A stretch of 60,849 nt of DNA, the filler included, from Vannella sp. (lineage: Eukaryota): assembly GCA_023345925.1 (NCBI GenBank). It is 6 parts of 6 records of this genome, joined end to end, with 100 filler letters (N's around TTAATTAATTAA, not from the genome) between each part and the next. Parts side by side here need not be neighbours in the genome. Positions count along the whole stretch, not along the records: positions 19,909 to 32,404 come from JAJQQN010000252.1; positions 32,505 to 44,469 come from JAJQQN010001132.1; 4 more parts are not named here. One strand, written 5' to 3'. The notes beneath the pieces are model-generated. The model was not told where the DNA came from and did no database searches. It saw only the letters and a program-made list of their open reading frames with translations. The position numbers and the translations under genes are program-made. Below are positions 22,150-32,688 of the stretch, piece by piece; within the stretch, counting starts at the first letter, position 1, and each line of letters begins with the position of its first letter.

Positions 22150-25100
22150 TTAGGCCAGAAGAGCGAGGTACCGAAGGCGAACTTGGGAAATATCGTAAAC
22201 CACATACTCGTTGAAGGCAAAAGAGCTGGCGCTCTGGCCATGTGGTACTGGGATGTTGTTAAGCTGGTGATGATTGACAACCAGTCCATTCGGCATAGTG
22301 ATAGCGCGGTTGGGGAAGGACTGAGCCCTTCCTTCGCCCTTCGTGCTATGGAATCCCAGAGGGCATTCCTCCATGTACTGGGGAGAGGTGACACTGAAAG
22401 GAGTGCCCACCACAACCTCATTAAGCATAAGCAAAGCAGGATTACCTCGGACATAGCCACGAGCCTTCCCAAAGGAGTCCGAGTGATAAATCCCTTTTCC
22501 GAGCAACATGCCGGTTGAGGGCGCTTCCGGCGGGGCAATGCGCAATCCGTGACGAAGAATGCCCAAGTAGTTCGTGATGGCTGTTCCATGCCAAAGGAGC
22601 AAGTGGTTGGGCGTCTCTCGCCAGCGAGTAATGCGCAAAGACTCCTCCGAGCGGTTCACCGCGAAGAGAGTTCGGATGTTTTGAGGGCAACTGCGGCGGA
22701 TGACAGCAAACTCAGGAGACGAGGGGTCTAAAGGAACTAGGTCGGTACCTAAGCAGGAGTAGACATAGTCATAAGGATGGATGTTATCGACTCGGCAGCG
22801 GTGTTGAGCAGCCAGAAGGAGCTTACTGGCCGTGGCAATGTCCCCCAGAGCGTCCAAACTGGCGTACTGTTCACTGAGAATGGCTTTGCTGTTCAGGATG
22901 GGCAATCCTTCGCGGTTCTCTCCGTTGCGAGGAACAAGCTGATAGTATTGGTTCGACAAGTCTGCAATGAGATCTCCCAACCGGCGGACTTCGGGAATGT
23001 TCGCGTCCTGGGAGAGATCTGCGAACCAGGCGTCTTTGGTTGCGTTCAAGTCACTTACAGCTTGTTGCAGTTGGAGCAACAAGGCCAGAGCTTGGTTGAT
23101 TGTCTCTGAACTGATGAAGCCGAGGGGGGTTCGTAGGTTCATGTCAACGTGGACGGTTCGTTTCATTCTTGGGACGTCACAAAACTCTGCCATTAGTGAA
23201 GCTACTGCAGCAGGAAGGTGGCACTCCGGAGCAGGTTGTCCCTTGGCCTTCTTCTCTTCAAGGAGAAGGTTCAATGGCAATAGAACATCACTTCGGCGGG
23301 TGACAGTGGTGGGTTCAGTGACTATTTGGTACTTCTCAGGGTTAGGAATATAGCCAGAAGGCCAATGAGACCAAGAAGTTCCTGTCTTCTGCTTGAAAAC
23401 CTTCTCAAACTCTCGAATCGCTGCTTCAGCAGTGGCAAAGGGAGTGCGTTGGTACTGGCCTTCGTCCCCAATGCGGCCCCATTTGGTAAAGAGGATGAAA
23501 AGGTCCTTGCGTGTGTCATAAGCAATCTGAAGCTTGTAAAAGTCATTCTGCCCGAAGGCGCCTTGTCGGACGTCAACGCGGCTCATTAACGCATGGAATG
23601 GCCGGGACTCGTCGTCAGGGTCGTAGTAAAGAACACGGGCACCACGGTCTGTCATGCGAGTGTCAAGCTCTGGAACGCACTTCTCTGTGATGACTTTGGC
23701 TTGTTCCAGAGCAGCCAACGCGTCTGCGTTCCAGTCAGGGGAGGCTGGACGCTCACTTCCAGTCCTGCTATCAGCGCGTGATAGCGGTTTGCGGACGGAT
23801 TCCAGCTTTAAATGAGTGGATAGCCATTCAGCTAGCTTGGGAGAGGCTTGCTCTGAAAGTGCATAGTCTAAAGGAGTCTTGCCAGACTTGTCAGCCACAT
23901 CCAAAGGCGCTCCACTGCTAGCCAGCAACGAAAGCATCTCAGTGTTCTCAAAAGTACCGTAAGGCAGCGGACAGACAACGCAATGAGCCAAGGTCTGTCC
24001 CTCATGGTCTCTAGTATCTACTGAAGCCTTCAACCCTAAAAGCATCTCGACCATGGCATAGTCGTTCTCTTGGATTGCAAAATACACAACGCTACGACCG
24101 CGCCCATCAGGCTGATCCAAAGAGAACGCACTGCGAGTCTCCGGACGTTGGAAGAGTCCTTGAAGCATCTCAAGAGCCCATCGTCGGGAGTCCATACCTT
24201 CCTTAGCCAGCTGTAGAAGCTTATGGAGAGGCGAAATGTACTCTAGAATGGATGGCAAAGCGCAATACTTGGACAAGGGAGGGAAAAGAATGTCGGCCGA
24301 AGCTCCATATTGAATGAACAAGTCAATTAGGTTTCGCACCTCTGCCATGGACGAAACAGTGTGGAAGTGATTCGCTGTCAAGTTGCTGAACAAGAGAGCA
24401 AAGGCAGAGTATCCTTGATGGTCGATATCATTCGGGGAAGCACCACACCCTCCCTCTTGGTCATCCATGTCATCCTCGTCATCCGAGTCAGCTGGGCCGA
24501 CATTCTCTCCTTCCCCAGCCATCAGATAGCGGCACAGTGCCCCATTTAGCTTCATAGCAGCATAATGCAGTGGCGTGCGGCCAAAGCGGTCCACGTCAGA
24601 CGGAGAAACTTGCTTCGCTCGGAACTGTTTGGCAATCTTCAAGCTCCATTGGCCATCTTTGGCTTCGCAGACGCGTGCTAACGCATGGAACAGGTTTTGT
24701 TCATCTCCATCCTTCGTGGCAAAGCGAGCAATGGACCGGGTCTTGCGCAAGAGAGTCTCCACATACTCGTACTGGGCACTGGCCAGAGCATCATGAACTG
24801 CTGACTCGTACGAGTATCCTTGATTCAGCATAGTGTAGGCTACTCCACGCCACCCTTTAGAGACAGACCACTTGAAGAGAGAAGTGCAAGCGGCGTTTCG
24901 AGACACCCACTCGTACTCGTGGCGTTCTCCCTCCTCATCATAAACAGTCTTATTCTTCTGCTCCCAGATGTGCAGAGGAGTCGTCATCGACGCTCCCCGT
25001 TGGAGGAGAGTCACAGCAAAGCCAGAGCGAGAAGCTTGAAGAGCCAAAGCCAGCGGCGAGTTCTTGTCATTGTTCAGGCGATTCAGGTCCGCTGACTTGG

Positions 25101-28100
25101 CCAAAAGGCAGTTGACACTGATAAGAGACGAAGAAAGGCAAGCATAGGCCAGCGGCGAGTTCCCTAAGACATCTGGCTCATCCGCTAAGATGCCTTCAAC
25201 CTCACACAAAGAGAAAACAGTCTCAATCGGGTCTGTGGTCTCAGGAATGAAGCCAGAAGGATTACCGGCACCAACCAGTGGCACTGGGAAGGCCATATGT
25301 AGAGCAGTGCGCCCGTAAATGTCCTTGGCATTGACATCTGCCTTGTGGTCGAGCAAAAGCTCTTCAATGTCGAAGCTGCTCGCCGCTTTCTTAACTGCCA
25401 GATGGAGCGGCGTTGCGCCGCTGAGAGTGTGCAGAGTGGGGTCGGCTTTGTTACGGAGCAAGATAGTGACTCCCTTCTTCCAGCGCAGGCTGCAAGCTAC
25501 ATGCAAAGCGGTGCATTGGAGGGCATCAGTCGCATCAATCGGAGCTCCTGCACTCAGCATTCGGCGGAGGAGCTCCTTTGATTGAAGCTTGATAGCACCA
25601 TGAAGAGGATAGTGCTTCCATCCGAGAAGGCAAGGCTCACTGACAGTTGCTGCAAGGTCGAGAAGCCGATTAGAGTGCGCCACGTCCTTTTGGCGCAGTG
25701 CCAAGTGAAGGGGCATCTCGCCCTGGGCATTAAACTGACCCACAATCGTGCATAGATGATTCCTGAAGTCTTTCAGCAGGAAGGACCACAAGGAAGGGCA
25801 ACTAGGACCCATATGGAGCGCACTGCACCTCCCCCAAGCGCCATATCCCGGGAAATCTGGGTTCAATTCAGCTTCTTGGACCAGAGTAGGAGCCTTAGAG
25901 TCATCTACTTCGACGTCCTTGTCCATTATCTGGAGCATTCTCGCACTGAGAGCCTCTTCATCTGGATATCCGTCCTCCAAGTGCAAGTAGTCGAAGTTTT
26001 CCGGCAATTTGCGGGTAGAAACGCGTTCCCAGGCTTCGTCTTGCTCGTAGCGCGCAATCAAGTCAGCAATGGAAGTCTCACCGGAAGTCTCAGTGTTCCT
26101 CTTGGACAGCTCAATTCTGTCCAGAGCTCGCAAAGCGTTGGCAAAGCCAGTCAGCTCTTCTTGTGAATAACTGCGCCACTGACTAAGGCGCCCAACAGTC
26201 TGAGAGAGAAGAGGGAGCTCAGTAGAGTGAAGAAGATAAGCCAAAGTCACTTGGACGAGAGAGGCTCTGGTAGGATCCCCATCCGTTGCAGTGCGTACTT
26301 GAGAACGGAAGAAAGAGAGGAACGGAGTAAAGCCCCAATGGTCTTCTGTTTGCAAGAGAGAGTCGTAAGAAGCCTGGCCCAAGCGCCCGTGCAAGAGCTT
26401 CAGCAGTCCCACAACATCCACACTACTCGAGTGATCCAAGAGAAGATGCAGCAAGTTCTCCCCTGAAGAAGCAGCCACATAAAAGAGGTTGGCGCCGTTC
26501 TCCACCAGCAGTGTGACCATGGGAAGGTCCCCGGCCTTCAAGGCTAACTGCAAAGCACAGTCTCCTTTGGTGTTAGTAACATTCACGTCTATTCCCTTTC
26601 CAATCAAGATACCAACAAGGCTCTCCTTCAATATGCGACGCTCTTCGTAAGCCTTCAACGCCCCTTCCTTCAAGTAAGGTTCCGGAATACCCTCGCACTT
26701 CTTCATCAGGTAGTGCAACGCAGAGCTGCCGGTGACGTCTGTGGTAGACACTTTGGCTCCCTTCTGAACAAAGTACTCGAGCTGCTTGAGAGTGTCTGGA
26801 GTGAGCGGAGCCATGCAAGTTTGGATGATTACTGAGCGCCCTTCTTCGTCTGTCAGGTTAATATCAACGGAAGGGTCTTGCAGGAGCTCGTCAGCAACAC
26901 CTGTGTGCCGTTTGGCCAATGCAACTGCGAGGGGAGTTGTCTTCCAGTCGTTGTAGGGATTGGCAGGCACTCCGGCTCCAGGCTTGGGCTCTGTGACAGT
27001 CCCAACCGGCGCAATGAGGAACCTGACAACCTCTTTCCAACCATACGCAGCCGCATAATGAAGAGGAGTGTTCCCAGAAGAGTCTGGCATGGTAGGGTCG
27101 GCACCTTGGCGAACAAGATAAGACACAATCTTCAAGAACCCGTTCATCACAGCATACACAAGAGGAGTTCGTTTGCGTTTGTCTGGCTTATCAATCTTTG
27201 CACCCAGTTCCAAGAGGACTTGGACAGCAAGCATATTTCCCATTTTGCAGGAAAGCGAAAGGGCAGTCTGGCCGTCTTGATTAGGACGCTCCAGATAGTT
27301 AGTGAGGCTGCTGGTTGGCTTCCGCGCCTTCTTTTCTCCCTCTACCGCCTCTTCTTGAGCTGCCAGAGCCTCTGCAATCTGAGCACCGGCCGTCTTGCGA
27401 GCGAACGCGAGGAGAATCTGAAGCGCATCGATCTGATTGTTGGCAGCGGCCCAGTGAAGCGCATTGTTCTTTCCCCGGCCCACTTGCTCCAGCAGAATCT
27501 TGACTTCCTCTGGCCTGCATCCCTCCAGGAGTGCCCGGATGTTATCGACTCGTCCCACAGATGCAGCTAGCATCAAAGGACTTTGTCCATTTGCCAGCCC
27601 GCGAAGAGACACTCCAGCTTTGAGTAGAACTCGAAGGGGTTCGGGAGATTCTCCAACGGCGGCATAGTGGACCAACTCATAGCCATTGTCGTCTGCCAGA
27701 GACAAAGCATCAGGTCTCAGAACGAGCAATTGCTCCAAATAAGCTCCAGAAGAGGACAAACAAGCACAGTGCAACGGAGTGATTCGCTGGTAGCCCTGTT
27801 TGGTAACACTGGCAGGCGTCCGGATGGGAGAAAGAGCTTGGCCATGTTCGAAAGTCAACACTTCTCGATGGAGGAAGCTCCAGTCATCATCGTCTCCAGG
27901 AGACAGAAGCTCGTCAATAACTCGTGCTGCCAGTCTGCGATTCCCTACTCGTAGGATAGCAGGCAGCGCAGTGATAAACTCGGCATTAATCTCATTTGTA
28001 AAGAGGAATCGGAGTGCTCTTAAAGAAGGGAACGCCACGTTGGAGATCACAGTTTCCGAGAACGCATCCGAAAACGCTTCTACTGCGGAACAATGTGCAT

Positions 28101-30081
28101 GTCCGCCCCATTCTGAGGAGTAGTATTGCGTTCTGTCATTCAGGAACGCGTTGTTTCCTTCCTTTCCTCCTCGGCTGGCACCGACAGAACCACTGCGGCC
28201 ACGATGAGAGTATTTGGAGGCATTCCCAGTCTCCAAAAGGTCCATTTCAGGAGCAGGCAAGTTCACACGATCATAGTACTTGTCAGAAGCCATCAAGAGT
28301 CTGAGAGAGGTAAACTGAGTGTGCCCGTCCCTCCGAATGCGCTCTAAATCAGTCAATTCTTCCTCCCTGTTGAGCTCTGATTGAGGAGCAAGCGAGATGT
28401 CACGAGGAGACACACTCTGAGAGGCGGCTTGGTCCTCCTCGTCCATGATTGTGTCCTCCTCGTCCATGATTGTATCCTCATCAGAGTCTTCCTGTGCCAC
28501 TGGAGCCCGAGGAACAGCTGCATCTGCTTTGGAACCTTTGGCGGAGGCCTTTTTCGCTGCTTTTGCTATCGCTGCTTGGCTTACCTTCTCTTCGAGGATA
28601 GCCATCGCTTTGTCAGTGTCACTCAATGTCTCAGGAACAGCTCGAAGAGCTCGTCGCATGGCGACAGTCATTGGAGTTACTGTGAGAGAGACTGCGCGGG
28701 GCGCAAGCACCGAAGAGACTCTCTTTGTATCCGTTATCAGGTCGCTTAGTAGCTCAAGGTTGTCTGTAAGACACGCACGTAACGGCTCGGTCTTCGAAGT
28801 GCACGCAGAACAGCATTTCTCCACAATCTGGGGAGTGTTTTGGCAATAGGTCGGGTCTTGCTCAACCACCATCACTCCTGGCTGCGGCTGGTTCTTCTTC
28901 GCTCTTCCTCGACTGGTAGAACGAGAAGGAGCCCGCACCTTCTTCGCAGGAGCAGGAGAACGCGCTTTTCGGGGGGAACGCGGCGTCCTTTTGGCTACAG
29001 GAGAAGGAGAGCGCCTCTTGATTGGCTTCAAATCGATGGGAATGTCTGGTATGTCCAAAGCAGGAGCCTCATACTCCTCCTCCTCCTCAACAACCTTCAG
29101 TTTCCTTGGTCGACCTCTTGTTCGAGGAGTGAGAGGTTCCTCCTCTTCCACTGCAGCTGCAAGTGCTGCCTTCCGCAAGGCAGCCCTTTCAGCCTTTTGT
29201 TCCTCTGTAAGCCGAGGCCTTCCGCGCTTGCCAGGGCTGGGAGTGGGAGCGCTGTCACCAACGGTTGGGACTTTGGCAGCTTTGGGAGGTCTCCCTCGCC
29301 GCTTCTTGGGAGCTGGCTCTTCGTCTGCGTGAGAGACCTCTTCGTCCGTCACATCCTCATCTCTTGGCGCCTTACGCTTTCGCCCCGTCAGTGAGGAGAG
29401 AACGTTGTCCACAGAGGTAGCACCATCTTCCTTGTTGTATCGAGCGAGATAGGTGCGTTCGTCCAAGCGCTCATCACTTGAGTGGTACTCGTAGTCCTCA
29501 TCCTCGGCCTCACGCTCCCAAATGGACTGAATCTTGGCTTGTTGGTCAGCAGGAAGTCGAAGCAACGCCGTTCCCGGTTCAGGAACGGTTTTGACACGAC
29601 AGATGACACTCGCCAAGGACGTAGTGTCTTCGAAGTTGTTCTCAAACAGATCACATTGGCCAGGAGGAGCAAACTCGAGCCAGGTGATGGCGAACTCGTC
29701 CATCTCGCTGGTGACATCGTACGATACTCGCGCCAGGAAGAAGTACGGGTCCTCATCTGCACGTACTGCAAGGATAGATAGCGCAGGGTAGATAGTGTGC
29801 ACGTCTAGGGGCTGAACACCGATAGAACGTCTGTCTCGGAGGGAGTAAGAGCCTTCTACGGGAGCAGTCTCCTTTTCCCTGCCTACATCAGCTTCAGGAG
29901 CCTCAGAAGCCTCTGGAGCCTCCAGGTCTTCAACAGTTATGTCGAGATCATCTCCCTCTGGAACAGTGGAAGGCGCCTCATCCGCCATCTCACTATCCAT
30001 AGACACCTCGCCAGGGAGAACCTCAACACGGCTGTCAATCTCAGTCTGGCCTTCTAAGGTAACCTGAGGTTCGGTATCCAT
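22150..30081 (-). CDS. Giant intronless PARP: AT-hooks, many ankyrin repeats, WGR, regulatory and catalytic domains (PME-5/tankyrase-like)
   Basis: RGRP motifs x3; many TPLH/TALH repeats; 'FTKWGRIG'; catalytic H-Y-E in LLWHGT, GKGIY, NEYVVYD. Start set at MDTEPQ; the upstream ATG near 30129 is also possible. Confidence 0.9.
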   Translation of the reverse strand: MDTEPQVTLEGQTEIDSRVEVLPGEVSMDSEMADEAPSTVPEGDDLDITVEDLEAPEASEAPEADVGREKETAPVEGSYSLRDRRSIGVQPLDVHTIYPALSILAVRADEDPYFFLARVSYDVTSEMDEFAITWLEFAPPGQCDLFENNFEDTTSLASVICRVKTVPEPGTALLRLPADQQAKIQSIWEREAEDEDYEYHSSDERLDERTYLARYNKEDGATSVDNVLSSLTGRKRKAPRDEDVTDEEVSHADEEPAPKKRRGRPPKAAKVPTVGDSAPTPSPGKRGRPRLTEEQKAERAALRKAALAAAVEEEEPLTPRTRGRPRKLKVVEEEEEYEAPALDIPDIPIDLKPIKRRSPSPVAKRTPRSPRKARSPAPAKKVRAPSRSTSRGRAKKNQPQPGVMVVEQDPTYCQNTPQIVEKCCSACTSKTEPLRACLTDNLELLSDLITDTKRVSSVLAPRAVSLTVTPMTVAMRRALRAVPETLSDTDKAMAILEEKVSQAAIAKAAKKASAKGSKADAAVPRAPVAQEDSDEDTIMDEEDTIMDEEDQAASQSVSPRDISLAPQSELNREEELTDLERIRRDGHTQFTSLRLLMASDKYYDRVNLPAPEMDLLETGNASKYSHRGRSGSVGASRGGKEGNNAFLNDRTQYYSSEWGGHAHCSAVEAFSDAFSETVISNVAFPSLRALRFLFTNEINAEFITALPAILRVGNRRLAARVIDELLSPGDDDDWSFLHREVLTFEHGQALSPIRTPASVTKQGYQRITPLHCACLSSSGAYLEQLLVLRPDALSLADDNGYELVHYAAVGESPEPLRVLLKAGVSLRGLANGQSPLMLAASVGRVDNIRALLEGCRPEEVKILLEQVGRGKNNALHWAAANNQIDALQILLAFARKTAGAQIAEALAAQEEAVEGEKKARKPTSSLTNYLERPNQDGQTALSLSCKMGNMLAVQVLLELGAKIDKPDKRKRTPLVYAVMNGFLKIVSYLVRQGADPTMPDSSGNTPLHYAAAYGWKEVVRFLIAPVGTVTEPKPGAGVPANPYNDWKTTPLAVALAKRHTGVADELLQDPSVDINLTDEEGRSVIIQTCMAPLTPDTLKQLEYFVQKGAKVSTTDVTGSSALHYLMKKCEGIPEPYLKEGALKAYEERRILKESLVGILIGKGIDVNVTNTKGDCALQLALKAGDLPMVTLLVENGANLFYVAASSGENLLHLLLDHSSSVDVVGLLKLLHGRLGQASYDSLLQTEDHWGFTPFLSFFRSQVRTATDGDPTRASLVQVTLAYLLHSTELPLLSQTVGRLSQWRSYSQEELTGFANALRALDRIELSKRNTETSGETSIADLIARYEQDEAWERVSTRKLPENFDYLHLEDGYPDEEALSARMLQIMDKDVEVDDSKAPTLVQEAELNPDFPGYGAWGRCSALHMGPSCPSLWSFLLKDFRNHLCTIVGQFNAQGEMPLHLALRQKDVAHSNRLLDLAATVSEPCLLGWKHYPLHGAIKLQSKELLRRMLSAGAPIDATDALQCTALHVACSLRWKKGVTILLRNKADPTLHTLSGATPLHLAVKKAASSFDIEELLLDHKADVNAKDIYGRTALHMAFPVPLVGAGNPSGFIPETTDPIETVFSLCEVEGILADEPDVLGNSPLAYACLSSSLISVNCLLAKSADLNRLNNDKNSPLALALQASRSGFAVTLLQRGASMTTPLHIWEQKNKTVYDEEGERHEYEWVSRNAACTSLFKWSVSKGWRGVAYTMLNQGYSYESAVHDALASAQYEYVETLLRKTRSIARFATKDGDEQNLFHALARVCEAKDGQWSLKIAKQFRAKQVSPSDVDRFGRTPLHYAAMKLNGALCRYLMAGEGENVGPADSDDEDDMDDQEGGCGASPNDIDHQGYSAFALLFSNLTANHFHTVSSMAEVRNLIDLFIQYGASADILFPPLSKYCALPSILEYISPLHKLLQLAKEGMDSRRWALEMLQGLFQRPETRSAFSLDQPDGRGRSVVYFAIQENDYAMVEMLLGLKASVDTRDHEGQTLAHCVVCPLPYGTFENTEMLSLLASSGAPLDVADKSGKTPLDYALSEQASPKLAEWLSTHLKLESVRKPLSRADSRTGSERPASPDWNADALAALEQAKVITEKCVPELDTRMTDRGARVLYYDPDDESRPFHALMSRVDVRQGAFGQNDFYKLQIAYDTRKDLFILFTKWGRIGDEGQYQRTPFATAEAAIREFEKVFKQKTGTSWSHWPSGYIPNPEKYQIVTEPTTVTRRSDVLLPLNLLLEEKKAKGQPAPECHLPAAVASLMAEFCDVPRMKRTVHVDMNLRTPLGFISSETINQALALLLQLQQAVSDLNATKDAWFADLSQDANIPEVRRLGDLIADLSNQYYQLVPRNGENREGLPILNSKAILSEQYASLDALGDIATASKLLLAAQHRCRVDNIHPYDYVYSCLGTDLVPLDPSSPEFAVIRRSCPQNIRTLFAVNRSEESLRITRWRETPNHLLLWHGTAITNYLGILRHGLRIAPPEAPSTGMLLGKGIYHSDSFGKARGYVRGNPALLMLNEVVVGTPFSVTSPQYMEECPLGFHSTKGEGRAQSFPNRAITMPNGLVVNHHQLNNIPVPHGQSASSFAFNEYVVYDISQVRLRYLALLA
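28433..28479. repeat. 21-bp in-frame tandem repeat inside the PARP (EDTIMDE x2)
   Basis: TCCTCCTCGTCCATGATTGT(G/A) duplicated. Confidence 0.85.
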
Positions 30082-30235
30082 GCGCAGTCCGACAACAGAA
30101 AATATTACCTTAGCCGCTTTCCCGCCCATTGAATTCTCAACCGCCAAAATCTCAAAAGAAAAAGAAAAAAAAGAAAAAAAAGAAGACTGACATTTTTTGA
30201 TTAAATTGTTTGTTTGGGGAATTGAGGTCATCTTA
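30082..30235. promoter_or_regulatory. Putative bidirectional promoter with a poly(dA)-rich tract
   Basis: About 155 bp between divergent starts; AAAAGAAAAAGAAAAAAAGAAAAAAAG at about 30154-30182. Confidence 0.5.
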
Positions 30236-32389
30236 ATGTCCTCCTCGCCTCCCCGTAAGCGAGCCAGGACTGTTCTCGTGAGTAGTGGGGAGACGGACCA
30301 GTCCCCTGAGCCAGCTGAAGAGCCAGTAGCGTTGTTTGAGTGTGTGCTGTGCGCCTCGTGGGTGGATACTTCCGAACTAGTCATTCTTGACCTTTGTTGT
30401 CATCGAGTCTGTCGAAAGTGCTGGAAAGAGCGCTGTCGGTCGTCGTTAGAGACTATTGAAGAGCTGGCTGTCCTCTCGTGCCCTCTTTGTGAAGGTGGAG
30501 TAACAGAAGGCGACGTGATGCTTGGTATGGAGGTGTTCGAGTACCAGCAATGGCAAAACCTGGCGTACTCTCAAGTACAGCGGCTCAGAAAGAGTAATTT
30601 TCTCGTGGAGTGTTCGTCTTGTGGCTTCTCAGGACCCGCCACAGCCTCTTCTGTCCTGTCCCAGCTCTCTCCTGACGAATGCCCTGTCCTTCTTTCACTG
30701 CTTCAAGCAGAGAAACAGCAGGCTCTTCTGGACATCAGCATTGGAGCAGAAGTGAGCTGTCCCAACTGTCAGATAAGGCTCTGTCGCGTTTGTAACAAGC
30801 TTACTGGGCTGGCAGAGGACCACTCACTCTTCTCTTGTCATAAGATCAGTTCTCTCATCATCATAGAAGTGCTTGATGCGATTGAATCAACTCAATCGAC
30901 AGAAACTGATCATCCAGTAGTTGATGCGATAGAAACAATTGTTCATCCAACATTTGGAACCCCCGCTACCCCGAATGTTCATCCAACATTTGGTACCCCG
31001 AAACTGAAGTATCAAAATCCTTTGCATCGCAGCATGAGCAATGACGCAGAATCACGGCAAAAGTCTGTCAAGGCTGCAGGAGAGGTGGAGAATGAACAAC
31101 GACAACATCTATCGACTCTTCTTAATGTCCTAGCCGAGCTACTCCCATCGCAAGAGGGATACTACCCAGACGCGAGCCTGTTTTTTGTGCTCAAGAACTC
31201 TTGCTTGCTTCCCCTTCTTTCCTCCTATTTCCGCAACGATTGGCTGATGGAGAAATCAGAATTCGGCGTGTACTTTGCCATTCTCTCCGTCATTCGCGCC
31301 ATTTGTAGCCATAACTTACTGTTCACCCTGTTACTAGTGAGAGGCAAGGATGGACTGGACTTGAAAACGAGGATTGATGAGTTGGAACATCACTTTTCCC
31401 GGTTTAACAAGCAAGCGGAGGTGATCACACAACAGGAAAACCAGGTTGCAGATCAAATAGTCTGCTTAGGGCTTGATGTGAAACAGATCCAATTTGAAAT
31501 CGAAGCAATGGCCAACATTTGGGCGGGTGGCATTCAAGCCAAGTATCTTTTGGAGCCGACAAACTCGATTCCGATTACTGACAGCTCAGAGGGCATTCAA
31601 GAGCCTTCCCACGAAGCAGAATACGTCGAGAAAATGCGCAATCTCAACCAGTTCGACTTTTTGTCCCCTTTCCCCCCCTTGCCAAGAGCACGTTACATGC
31701 CTGAAATGGAATCTGCATGGCAACACTTCTCAGGATCTCCTGCCACTATCTCGAGGATCTCTCGCGAATTCTCGTCTCTCTCTAGTTCTCTCCCGCTTTC
31801 GTATCATTCTGGAATCTTCGTGAGAGTGAATGAGGAGCAAATCAATCAAGTGCGCTTTTTGATCATCGGTCCTGCTGGAACCCCTTACGAGAATGGATGC
31901 TTCTTATTTGACATGAACTTTACCAATACCTACCCAGCTGCACCCCCTGTTGTCCAAATCATGACGACTGGCAATGGGAGAGTCCGATTCAATCCCAATT
32001 TGTACAACTGCGGAAAAGTTTGCTTGTCCTTGTTGGGAACATGGCCAGGACCTGGTTGGGAGCCCAATGAATCAACTATTCTCCAAATTCTAGTCAGCAT
32101 TCAATCCCTCATCATGGTTCCAGATCCCTTTTTCAACGAACCAGGGGAAGAAGCGTTGATGAACACTCCGCAAGGTGCTGCGCAGTCTGAAAATTACAAC
32201 TCTCAGATCAGAAGAAGTACAATGGAGTTCGCCATCGTTGAACAGCTCATCCAGCCTCCAGCTGGATTCGAGGAGATTATCAACCTTCACATGACTCTCA
32301 AACGAGACCAAATCCAGAGACAGTTCGCTTCTTGGAATGCTGATCCTCAACTGACCCAGAAGCTGAATGATCAATACCAAGTCCGCTGA
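30236..32389 (+). CDS. RING + IBR-like + UBE2O/BIRC6-type UBC fusion (E3-E2 hybrid), intronless
   Basis: CVLC...CCHRVCRKC...CPLC RING; CSSC...CPNC..CRVC...H...C; 'IIGPAGTPYENGCFLFD', 'RFNPNLYNCGKVCLSLLGTW'. Confidence 0.88.
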   Translation: MSSSPPRKRARTVLVSSGETDQSPEPAEEPVALFECVLCASWVDTSELVILDLCCHRVCRKCWKERCRSSLETIEELAVLSCPLCEGGVTEGDVMLGMEVFEYQQWQNLAYSQVQRLRKSNFLVECSSCGFSGPATASSVLSQLSPDECPVLLSLLQAEKQQALLDISIGAEVSCPNCQIRLCRVCNKLTGLAEDHSLFSCHKISSLIIIEVLDAIESTQSTETDHPVVDAIETIVHPTFGTPATPNVHPTFGTPKLKYQNPLHRSMSNDAESRQKSVKAAGEVENEQRQHLSTLLNVLAELLPSQEGYYPDASLFFVLKNSCLLPLLSSYFRNDWLMEKSEFGVYFAILSVIRAICSHNLLFTLLLVRGKDGLDLKTRIDELEHHFSRFNKQAEVITQQENQVADQIVCLGLDVKQIQFEIEAMANIWAGGIQAKYLLEPTNSIPITDSSEGIQEPSHEAEYVEKMRNLNQFDFLSPFPPLPRARYMPEMESAWQHFSGSPATISRISREFSSLSSSLPLSYHSGIFVRVNEEQINQVRFLIIGPAGTPYENGCFLFDMNFTNTYPAAPPVVQIMTTGNGRVRFNPNLYNCGKVCLSLLGTWPGPGWEPNESTILQILVSIQSLIMVPDPFFNEPGEEALMNTPQGAAQSENYNSQIRRSTMEFAIVEQLIQPPAGFEEIINLHMTLKRDQIQRQFASWNADPQLTQKLNDQYQVR

Positions 32390-32404
32390 ATAGCCATGAA
32401 GGTC

Positions 32405-32504
32405 NNNNNNNNNNNNNNNNNNNNNNNNNNNNNNNNNNNNNNNNNNNNTTAATTAATTAANNNNNNNNNNNNNNNNNNNNNNNNNNNNNNNNNNNNNNNN
32501 NNNN
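32405..32504. other. Artificial contig spacer
   Basis: N44-TTAATTAATTAA-N44. Confidence 0.98.
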
Positions 32505-32688
32505 GCCTTCCTTTGAGATATGAGGGATGAGGTTAAGGTTTCCCAACTCTTCAACAAGTCTGCGCCTCAAGTTTTCTTTCGTTCCATCCACTGCCAGCTT
32601 AACATCGACTCCATGTGCTACCTTGGGGAAAGGAGAAATCTGGAGGGGAAATGCGCCTCAGTTTTCCGTTTAACACCAGAGCGTGGGG

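Noticed and set aside
30082..30384. N-terminal 100 aa of the 2744-aa ORF overlapping the UBC gene
   Set aside because: Runs through the poly(T) promoter tract (SFFSFFSFSF) and antisense to a real gene; the true start is probably downstream.
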